Origin: Eukaryota sp. TZLM1-RC
Taxonomy: Eukaryota > Protista > Metamonada: BaSk clade
DNA: 64,000 bases
Reading direction: 5' to 3'
NCBI GenBank assembly: GCA_040285825.1
Contig: JAUPSS010000004.1
Span: 2,770,550 to 2,834,549 of the forward strand
Shown here one piece after another: positions 11,915 to 21,665 of this stretch. The notes under the pieces were generated by a model. That model saw only the letters and a list, made by a program, of their open reading frames with translations, was not told the origin of the DNA and did no database searches. How positions within the stretch are numbered: position 1 is the first letter of the stretch; each line of letters opens with the position of its first letter. The position numbers were made by a program, and so were the translations under genes.

Positions 11915-14119
11915 ATGTCCAACCACCCAGTGAAAGACCATCACTCCTATCCCTGTGATCTTACGTCTCCTCCCCCGAAGCTCCGTCGTCATAGCTCGCC
12001 GCTTTCGCCGTCCGACTCTTCCACCGATTTGTCAGTTCGCAATGAGATAGATGTGTGCCCTCCCCATTTCTCTTCTCCTCAACCTCCTACCGTTTTTACC
12101 CCTGTCTCCTCTTCAACAACCATGGACATAATTCCCGATCGATCGGAAACAATGGTTGGGGTTAAGTCCATTTCCAGCGGTTCTGGACATACTCTTCTTC
12201 TCACCTATTCTGGTGATGTTTATGCTTGGGGGTGTAATGATCATGGTCAAGTTCTTTATGATGGACCTAGAAGCATTCATTCATCAGTAAAGCTACCCCT
12301 CCAAGATATTGTATCTATCTCAGCTGGTGTTGATTACTCCCTTGCCCTCTCTTCTCAAGGTAAGGTGTATGGTTGGGGTATTAATGGATCTAATCAAATT
12401 AATATGTCACGAGAGTCTCCACTACCAATTACCCTAATAAACATTCCTTATAATTTTAAGGAAGTTTATTGTGGCGAGAAATGTTCATTTGCTTTGACCC
12501 AAGAAGGTCAAGTTATTAAATGGAGATGGCGTAAATCATTTGAATTAGTTGAATGGTTGGAGAATATTGTTTTCATTTCTGTTTTTTGTAATTCTTTTGT
12601 AGCAATAGATGAAAATGGTGATTTCTTTTGTGATCATACTTTCTTTGATGGTAGATTTGTACGTTTTCTTACTACCAAACTACCAGTGACCAAATACCTT
12701 TCCCCAAAAAAACCATTTCAGGGTTCATTTTTATTTGATCAAGAAAAGCTTTTTGTTATTGATATTTATGGTGATGTTCGGAGATTTCGTCAAGAATGTT
12801 CTGAATTCAAAGCTTCTTTCAACAAACTGAATACAGTTCGAGGTTTAACCAATATTGTTTATATCAGTGGTTTTTGTGGTGCTTATGCTGCCATTGACAA
12901 TATTGGTAATTTTTTTGTTTGGGGCGAGTTGGGGCGAATTAGTGACATTTATGAAGTAGGTCGTATTTATGAACCAGTTTGTATTAAAGCCCCCACCAAA
13001 ATAGAAGGAATTTCAATAGGTGGTTGTTCAATAGGTCTTTTGTCACTTATTGCTTATAACAAAGACATTGTTTGGGCTTTGGGAACCAGTTGTAATGGTT
13101 CACTACGACTAGAACCTTTGGCAATCATTGGGTCTGAAATACTTGGCAGTTTCTATAATCCAAAACAACCTTTGGATAGAATGTTTAGTGGTCTCATTAA
13201 GCTTGTTTATTGGCATTATCTCAACTTTTTAAAGGTTGAGTTTGGTAATCCTCCATATCTTAAAGCAAGATTTTACACCAAATGTGCTATTAGTAAAAAA
13301 GTAGCTCAATTTGCTCTAGGAGTTTTTAATGTTCATTCGATTCAAAAAAATCCGCAAGATTTAAATTTAAATGAAAATAATTGCGATTTACGATTGCGAT
13401 TAACTACTCATTATAATGGTCCCAAAGTGGTTAATACTAGAATTAGACAACTTGTTGTTTACTATGATGATGTTGATGATGGTTTACAATTATTGTCATT
13501 TTTCCCAAATGTTGAGGTTGTTAAGCTTGGTGGAAGGTCTAGATCTGCAACAAGGTCTTTAAACTTGGCACATTTATCAAATCTCAAATGTCTAGAGCTT
13601 GCTTATCCATTCATTATAGAACAATTACCCACTTCACTAGTGAAGTTATTGCTTAAAGGTCGCATTGATTTTACTGATCTAGGTTATCTTATTTCATTAA
13701 AAGAATTGGTATTGGATCGATCCATGTGGTGTTTTGTTACAGTGAGAATATTAAAAGGACAAACACCTTTACCTCAGTCCATTATTAGATTGGAATTTTA
13801 CTTGACTCGTATATGGACTCCTGTCAATATTGAAATTCACTTACCAAACTTGAAGGAATTGATAATTCATCACAATGTTGTTACCAATATCACTGAACAA
13901 AACTTTCCTTCTTTGAGGTTCATTCAATTGATCCAACCTAGTGAACACAGTCTGTCAAATTCTCCCCTATCTCCAACAAAACTTATTAATCAAGGTTTAA
14001 TTAAATATGTCAAACCAACCAAGAATCAATATTTAGTTGAATTATCTTGTTTTCCATGGTTGATTCAGTATCCAGCTGACAGGTATTTGATTGATATTTT
14101 CCGTGACTATGTAGATTAA
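11915..14119 (+). CDS. RCC1/BLIP-II repeat protein with C-terminal leucine-rich repeats
   Basis: SISSGSGHTLLLTYSGDVYAWGCNDHGQ and SISAGVDYSLALSSQGKVYGWG; LPTSLVKL/LKELVL-type LRRs. Start at MSNHP is inferred (track start 11747 is GTG). Confidence 0.85.
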   Translation: MSNHPVKDHHSYPCDLTSPPPKLRRHSSPLSPSDSSTDLSVRNEIDVCPPHFSSPQPPTVFTPVSSSTTMDIIPDRSETMVGVKSISSGSGHTLLLTYSGDVYAWGCNDHGQVLYDGPRSIHSSVKLPLQDIVSISAGVDYSLALSSQGKVYGWGINGSNQINMSRESPLPITLINIPYNFKEVYCGEKCSFALTQEGQVIKWRWRKSFELVEWLENIVFISVFCNSFVAIDENGDFFCDHTFFDGRFVRFLTTKLPVTKYLSPKKPFQGSFLFDQEKLFVIDIYGDVRRFRQECSEFKASFNKLNTVRGLTNIVYISGFCGAYAAIDNIGNFFVWGELGRISDIYEVGRIYEPVCIKAPTKIEGISIGGCSIGLLSLIAYNKDIVWALGTSCNGSLRLEPLAIIGSEILGSFYNPKQPLDRMFSGLIKLVYWHYLNFLKVEFGNPPYLKARFYTKCAISKKVAQFALGVFNVHSIQKNPQDLNLNENNCDLRLRLTTHYNGPKVVNTRIRQLVVYYDDVDDGLQLLSFFPNVEVVKLGGRSRSATRSLNLAHLSNLKCLELAYPFIIEQLPTSLVKLLLKGRIDFTDLGYLISLKELVLDRSMWCFVTVRILKGQTPLPQSIIRLEFYLTRIWTPVNIEIHLPNLKELIIHHNVVTNITEQNFPSLRFIQLIQPSEHSLSNSPLSPTKLINQGLIKYVKPTKNQYLVELSCFPWLIQYPADRYLIDIFRDYVD

Positions 14120-15290
14120 AATAAATGACCCTTTTGATAAGCTATTAATTTTATTTATTGTGTTTTAGGCTTGTTATCATTTTGAGAATTGGCTATGTTG
14201 AGCTTGGTTCAGGATAATTTGCAACCAGTTGGGAACCCGTACAATAAATAATGAGTCAATTTTCTTTGTTTTTAAACAATATCAACTAATTTTCTTCATA
14301 CCTTGAGTTTAGACTACTTCAACATTTTCAACATTCAATGAAGCTCTCTATCCAGTAGAGATACCATTTGCCAGACGTCTCGTGTATTTCAAAACCAAAC
14401 ACTTGTTAGGAGAGTTGCAAAAATATGATACAAGGTAATTTCTTTTTTGGCGATGTTATACAAATCTTCTGCTGAAACAGATCAAAATTCCAACCACTTT
14501 TGGGTATTTTATTTAATTCAAGTTTAATTATATTTCATTTTCATAATTTTATACAATTAACAAACCAGTGATCAAAATACAACACCAAATTGAGTGAACT
14601 GGAAACCATGATTTAGATGGTCTTGATCAATAAAAAAAGAAGTTACTCATTGAGAGTATTCTATTGTTTACAACATTTATTTTCAACAATAACGATATTC
14701 TGGCAATTGGTACCAGCAAATGTATCAACTCCAGTGGTGACGCACATGAACTGGCGATACACCATTGGAAAGTACATCTGTTGTGAAAGATGTTTTGACA
14801 CAAACAGAATCACCGATTTTCACGCAAACAATTGGTTTCAATTCATATCCTTGTTGATTAATCTCTATTTCTAACACTTGTCTGAGCCAATTGACCAGAA
14901 TCAATTAAACCATGAAAATAAGCTTCAAAATAACATAAGAAATTCAATAAGAAAAGATTGAGTAAGAAAAGGTAAACTACCATTATTTTTGGAATTGGGC
15001 AATAAGTTAACAAACAAAGACAAGTGTCAAGACTGGTTTAGTGATAATAGAGTTAAACTCAAGAAATCGTAGTCTCATAGAGTTAAATTAATTGTTAAAT
15101 AAGATAAGTATAATCATTTTATATATAAATAAGAATAGCTTACATTACAAGCGTAAGAGACAAGACCTGTAGAAGTAGAAAAATGGGAAAAATATATTTC
15201 GATCTATTGATCCTCTTATCGCTAGACCTGTGGCCGAATTTTAGAACCTGCACAATCAAATTTTTTTTTTCATTTTACCTTATTTATATC

Positions 15291-16677
15291 TATTCAACAA
15301 CAAATATGAAATACACAATTAAAACTCCACATCCTCAAAACCTGCCTCCCCTACATCAAAACAATTAATTGCTAAAGATTCAGAAAATTTCCCAAAAGAA
15401 GATAGTGAATCAGAAATTAGTGTTACCATTCCCTTAAAAATAGAAAATACAATCCTGTTTTGCCAGTAAACACGATTGAAAATTCTTCCAGTTCTTTCCT
15501 TTACAACTACAACAAAATCCTCAAGGAAAGCCATAGCAGCCTTACCTAGAGATCCAAGCAAAGAAAAAACAAATGGACATAAATTATATTGGGCATGAGA
15601 ATTTTCATTAACCGAGGAAATGGGTTTCGCATATTTAGCAATTTTATATTTTTCGCCTGCAAGAAGAGGATTATTTACATCCGAGTTAATGAAATGTTCG
15701 TTAGAGGAATTACAAGGGTCAATAGACATGGCGTCCAAAATAGTAAAACTACCATTTAAACCAGGAACAACTAGATCACCTCTAGTCAGACCCATAGAAG
15801 CTCTGTTGTAACGCGTACTATCAATATTGGGATCATCAAGAATTAATTTTGATAACAGCGGTTCTAAAAAGGAATCTACTCGATATGATTTGCACATTAC
15901 ATAAATTTGGTCCCTGACGTTATTATGCACTTTGCTTCTAAACGTAATGAAATGTTTACAGTTCAAAAGATGAGTAAACAAAAGAGGTTTACCACATTTA
16001 CAAGTTAAATGATTGGGCAAATTGTTTGGCCACAGAAAACAACGAAAACGCATGTTTAGAAGCCATTCATTGTCTTTTAACAAAAGTCCATAAACAGAGG
16101 GAACTTGAGTTACTAAAGCAGCAGCTGAACTATCACGAATATCCTTTAAAAAATTACCGAAAGCGGGATTTTTAGTTTTGGCCAAGCCAAGTCTTACTTC
16201 ATAATCCAAGCCTTCATATAATTTAACCAGATGGTGCTGAAGCTTTTTCAAGCAAAAACGTAAATTTGGAAATGATCGGGTGGGAATTTCTTGAACATTT
16301 TGAGGAAAACACTGAATCCAGATATCACTAGGCAAATTATCTAATTCGATTTGAAGTTGATTCAAGTAAAAATTTGATTCACCATTGATCAGATGAACAT
16401 CAAAAGGGAACCTTTGGAAAAATTCAAAAACAAAATTTTTACCACCTCCCAAAAATGCTGCTTTACAAAGAATCGAAGATTTGGTGAATCCAATGCCACC
16501 CAAATCTGCTGAACAAAATACATGACTTCGAATTAAAGATTCATTTACTTCTAATAAAAAAGAAAAAAATTTGACTCGAAGTTTGTTAAAAGATCTGCAA
16601 AAATTGAGAGATACCGAAGGGGAGTTGACCTTAAAATATGAGTGAATTTTCCAGAATAACAAATTTTTAAAACACAA
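15291..16677 (-). mobile_element. Family B non-LTR retrotransposon, 5'-truncated (RT thumb, CCHC, RLE; ORF 15319-16677)
   Basis: LGGIGF thumb motif, zinc knuckle and PD-(D/E)xK-like RGD..LDA..K; ends EDVEF*. Confidence 0.92.
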
Positions 16678-16952
16678 TCAAATAGTTTCAAAATAAAGAG
16701 TTTTTTTGTCTGAATTTAAGTTTAAATAGGTGTTTTTGATTTAAAAATGTAGTTACTTGCAGAAATCCTCTTGCTGAAACAACAAGAAGTTCATTTGTCT
16801 GAAATAATTTGTTTGAATTTTTCATATCAAGAACTTCTTTTTGAAAAATTAAACCCAAACTGAATAACTAGACATATAATAATTTAATAAAATAAATAAT
16901 TTAATAAAATAAATTTGCAATAATTCCTTCATTTATGAATCCTATATAATAA

Positions 16953-18605
16953 CTAATAATCCAAAGCCTCTCTACAAAGCACACAACCCAAACAATGCTC
17001 TGTTCCTGGCTGCGGGTGCGGCATCTTCATTGGACAACTACTACCAGGACATCGGGGGAGCGCATTACGCTTAGCTTCCCGTTGAACTTCTCCTGGCCTT
17101 TTATGACAACTTTCGCAGTAGTGGGTATTCCCATGACAAAAGAACGTAGCAATCTCACAACAAAACCTGCACTTCCACTGAATGGACTCCTTACCGTGAG
17201 TAGGGCAATCTGTTTCAACATTAGGGTTAACACAAGATGGACAAAGAGCATTACCATCACCAACATCGTCTTCATTACCTCCACATTCCCTTTTCCCTCC
17301 GAAATAAGGGTTGCGGCATTGATTACATTGGTAATAAAGATAGTGGTGAATCGCATATTCGTCTTGCTTATTGAACCATTCATCATTAGGGTTGCTGAAT
17401 CTGGGATTACGATGTTCATCATCGAATACAAATCTCCTTTTAGCCTTATCCAAAACTTGAACTTTTAATTCCTCTATTGGCTTTAGCAAACCAATAATTT
17501 GCTCATCAGAACATTTAATTAATGTTTTACAAAGAGGACATAACGTATGGGAAAATGAAATAAAAGAGGTTTGAGTACCATTTGAGATTTGCTCCACCAA
17601 ACAATCACGATGAAAATAATGCCCACATTCCAAAGAAACACAAATGTTAGCCTTGAGAGGATCTATGAAACAAATATTGCAAAACTCGTCCCCAATATTA
17701 CCATTACACTCTAAACAAAAACAATCATGATCACCGCTCCCTCTACAAAAATGACCACAAACTAACACCTCAGGACAAGCTTCCCTTTCCTTCTCCCCAC
17801 ACTGTTCATCTTGACAAACCACCACGTGAGGGTCGTTGCTGTCAATAACACCCTCGCACCACTTACAATGCCTGCTATTCTTAAAGTCTACCCAAGCATC
17901 ACACGTAAACCCATCATGGTAGGGTGACTCTTTACATTGTGCACAGAACACATTACCGCAAGAACCACAACGACCCCTATACTTGCTCTTATGTTCCCCT
18001 GCTTTAGGGTTCATGGGTTTGCCTCTTTCATCTACCACTTGAACTTCTCCTTGATCAAGAACAAAGCTTACACCACATGTGCAGTAAGCAATGACTCCTT
18101 GGCCTAGAGTTCTGTTCAGGGCATCCGAATCAAGTTTGCTTAGGGTTTCATCGCCAACAATGTCGCGAAGTTCCATCATTGATAATTGGAAGTTACAATC
18201 GTGGAGAGGGCAGAGGACGGGAGATGGGAAGTGCTGATGGATGGTTGATTTTATGTCGTTTAAGCACACAACATGCTCACAGTCGAGAAAGCAGAATTGT
18301 GTGATGTCGGAAGATTTGAAGTTACAGTGGTTGCATGTGATGGAATTATCGGAAGGTGACATGGGGCGATCATCTGCAAAGGTGAAATCAGAAGGTGTGG
18401 CGACAGCTGGGAGAGAATCAGCAAAGCAAAAAATTTCGTAGATCGCAGTGATTTCATGTTCAAACATTTCTGGAGGCATCCATTCACGAGCAGAGCTGAC
18501 TGCAGAAAAGAGAGGAGATATGTTTTTGAACGAATCACATGATGTAAGGTGACGGATGATGTTAGAATTAGAGAAAGCTTGTCCACAGTAACACTTATTA
18601 CTCAT
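16953..18605 (-). CDS. E3 ubiquitin ligase: RING1-IBR-like N-terminus + MYCBP2/Highwire-type RING-H2 and tandem-cysteine domain
   Basis: CNICF..CGHYFHRDC..CPLCK, YYQCNQCRNPYFGGKREC, CPTHG..WKCRFCC..FFCHGNTHYCESCH, CLGCVLCR; IBR-like CGSCGNVFCAQCKESPYHDGFTC. First ATG 18605. Confidence 0.85.
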   Translation of the reverse strand: MSNKCYCGQAFSNSNIIRHLTSCDSFKNISPLFSAVSSAREWMPPEMFEHEITAIYEIFCFADSLPAVATPSDFTFADDRPMSPSDNSITCNHCNFKSSDITQFCFLDCEHVVCLNDIKSTIHQHFPSPVLCPLHDCNFQLSMMELRDIVGDETLSKLDSDALNRTLGQGVIAYCTCGVSFVLDQGEVQVVDERGKPMNPKAGEHKSKYRGRCGSCGNVFCAQCKESPYHDGFTCDAWVDFKNSRHCKWCEGVIDSNDPHVVVCQDEQCGEKEREACPEVLVCGHFCRGSGDHDCFCLECNGNIGDEFCNICFIDPLKANICVSLECGHYFHRDCLVEQISNGTQTSFISFSHTLCPLCKTLIKCSDEQIIGLLKPIEELKVQVLDKAKRRFVFDDEHRNPRFSNPNDEWFNKQDEYAIHHYLYYQCNQCRNPYFGGKRECGGNEDDVGDGNALCPSCVNPNVETDCPTHGKESIQWKCRFCCEIATFFCHGNTHYCESCHKRPGEVQREAKRNALPRCPGSSCPMKMPHPQPGTEHCLGCVLCREALDY

Positions 18606-18699
18606 ATGAAATTGGTGTTGAATGTAGTCAGCTTGGGTGGTGAAGAGCAAATGACTGAGAAGAAAATTTAACCATTTGAATTTCAACTCAAAAGAGTAA

Positions 18700-19950
18700 T
18701 TAGTTTTCGTGGAAAACTATGACCTTATCATCCTTTCCATCACATTCTTCTTGACAAATTTCAGATCGACATCTTAACAAAGCATGACATTTCACAGTAG
18801 GATATTTCTCTCTCATCCATGGCCTATGATTCTCAACATCAAGAAACACATTTACTGGGTTATAACATGTTGGACACTTATAAGTTGTGTTTCTCTCATC
18901 AACTAAACATACTGTGTAAACATTTCTCTTAAAGAAATTTCTCCATCAAACTCCTCTACTTGATCGATGATGCTTTAAATTCATTTTCTGATTTTCACTG
19001 TCACCAAACTTTAGGATAGTGTTTTCGTCTTCCATTGCTTCTCAGCCATTCTTTTCAATAACTCAGCCTCTGGTTTCTGATGATTGACATATCTTTGCAT
19101 TCTTTGAATACGCCATATCATTCAACAGTAGTAGTCAAATGTAAATGGCATGTTTGTCAGCTTGGAAGCAACATAAGAATAGAAATTATTATAAATAAAA
19201 GATTTTGATGATTCTTTTGATAATGTAGCTTCTGTTTCTTCTACTGTGATTCCATTTTGTAAAATGTACTCTTTCTTTTTCAATTTTCTGAATTTTTGGT
19301 GAACTCTTGATACCCTTGACCACTCCAATTCTGTTAATCTCAGCCACTCATATTGTTTATCCCTTTTTATTTGGTCTTTTGCATTAAAATTGAATCTTTT
19401 TTGACCACAACAATAAAGTAAATCATATTTACCAGGGTCAATATGTACTTTATGTTTTGAAGATAGAAAATCAACATCCAAATCATCCAAATAGTTTTCA
19501 GTGGTCGCAAACTTTGCACTATCAGGCTTGAATGACATGTCAATACAATCCTCTCTTGTCAGCTCAATACAGGCAGCAAAACCATCAGTTTTCATGTTGT
19601 TGTTAAATTTGTAGCCTTTTTTACTAAACGATCTATTAAATTCAAAAATATATGACCAAAATCATTTTTTTTCTGGACTCATATGTAGAATGTCACCTGT
19701 TGAACTGCAATCCGTATTATTTTCGTCATTAATTTCATTATCTGTAAAAAAAGAACGCAAAATACCCCATGGTCCTTGGCTGTCAACTTCAAAAAATACA
19801 GGTTTTTCAATTCGAACAGTTGGTATGGTATTCACTGTTATTCCCTCAGCTTCTTCTATAAAATAATTAATTTTGATGGCTGATGATAAAAGATTGGGAA
19901 TGCTTTTGCACAGAGAAAAGTAAGAATTTAACTTCAATAGCCTGCTCCTC
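18700..19950 (-). pseudogene. Fanzor1 (TnpB-like RuvC nuclease) pseudogene, copy 1
   Basis: KTDG, HIDPGKYDLLYC (RuvC-I), RYVNHQKPEAELL, FGD, VCLVDERNTTYKCPTC (RuvC-II + Zn), HALLRC; in-frame TGA stops; RuvC-III absent; 5' boundary uncertain. Confidence 0.8.
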
Positions 19951-21505
19951 ACTTTTTTGAATTTTTTACTAAAATAGATCTAGAAAAAATTGCATTCACC
20001 CAATTTTCATCTTTCAATAACCTACAAATTTTGAAATGAGTACTGTTAACAGTTTTTGCTGATTGATTCAACTACTTGATTTATGGAAACTACTATTACT
20101 GCCTCACTATTGAGCAAAATGTTAAACTCATTGCTAGGTGTCACTAGAACTGCAATTATGCATTATTTGTATTTGCCCAAATGTAAGGGTAGTCTTTGTT
20201 TTCCCGATCTTACCTTATTGTGTAAAGAATGTCACGTTCAGAAGTACTACAATTTGTAAAATTTATTTGATCCTGATTTCAAATTGTTTTTAAAAATAAT
20301 GAAACAAAGAAGATTTATTTGGAAACGGAAATTTAATTCATTTTAAAAAATTGGAAAATCATTCATTAAATGGTCAAAGAAAGAAATTGATTGACAAATA
20401 CCCAAAAAAGTGAGAGAATTATTTCCAAATTTAACAAAGATGAAATTCAAAGAACAATCGACAGAATTATAGAGTGTTAAGTTCAATCTTCAATGAACAG
20501 CTCGGACAATATGAACGGTCATCATCAATGGCTGTCCATGTTGATTGATTTACCACCTAAAGTTCTTGAATTTGTAATTAATTCTTGGAATGTATTAGCC
20601 ACTACTGATAACCATTATACATGGACCATGTGACAGAAATTGCCTAATGGATCAAAACGTTTGTTTCCTGTGTGTTCATCATATGAATCTGGATCTGCTG
20701 AGTTGTAACACATTTTATGCAGTTGTTGAAGTTATCAAATACCTGAAATACATAGTTAAGTTTAAAAATACAACAATATTTAATAATTTAATTGTGTTAA
20801 CCTCTTACTTCATTTCCTGGATCATTATGACGTTCTCTACAATTTGCCTTTTCACACAAATCATAATGTAAATTTTCCTTTGGTTGTGACTGAGTTAAGA
20901 CCTGATCCAAAATAACATCAACCATGAATTAATATTCAGATAGTAGACATACATTAAAAAGTACGAAATAACAGAGTCTTGAATTGTTATTGTCAAATTT
21001 GCATTGTTTGGATGGATCATTTCCTTTTGAAGTTTCAGCAAGAGGGATAGTTGCTAATTGCTGCGTTTTATTGATGAAGAGATTACTCATTCCGAGGTCT
21101 AAAATGATGAACAATTGTTAGCTGTGGCTCAACGTGACTTTCCCCTTTAGGAAAGTGGATCACGTCATCATAGATTCGAACCGACTTATGTCGAACCGTG
21201 CACATACAGCAACACAATTAGCAATCCAAAATCTCAATTGCTCATACCTCATCTTTTCATCTAGAGAATGTCGTATATGGTTGTCTGATGCAGTAGAATG
21301 ATAGACACACCATGGGCAGCGGCTTAAAGATATTGCAAGCTCAGTATTTCAGGTTGATTGTCAATAGGAAAAAATACGTTTTATTAATAAAACGTATTTT
21401 ATATATATTTATATAATTATGGTTTCAACAATAGACATTAGGTTTTGTAAAATCAGTTTGGAAGAGGGAAGATACAGTTTTGGTTCCATTTAACTTCTGC
21501 ATATA

Positions 21506-21665
21506 TGATGATCTGTGGGGGTTAGACATTGAGTATACCTTAAATGTAATTAGATTTATTACAAGGGAATGAGGATTTCCCTTAACTTAAGCGCATGGGC
21601 GCAATAATACAATAACTATTAATAAACTATAAATAAACTATTATAAATATTATCCAAGGCTAACA
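21506..21665 (-). repeat. 3' LTR
   Basis: Reads as identical to 28772-28931. Confidence 0.95.

Noticed and set aside
18920-19130. TGA reassignment explaining in-frame stops in Fanzor copy 1
   Set aside because: Other ORFs in the window end at TGA (e.g. family A), one stop aligns with Gly in copy 2, and the locus is truncated; ordinary decay is simpler.
11400-19950. IS630/Tc1 remnant as the carrier of Fanzor copy 1
   Set aside because: They are about 7 kb apart with host genes between and no shared termini.
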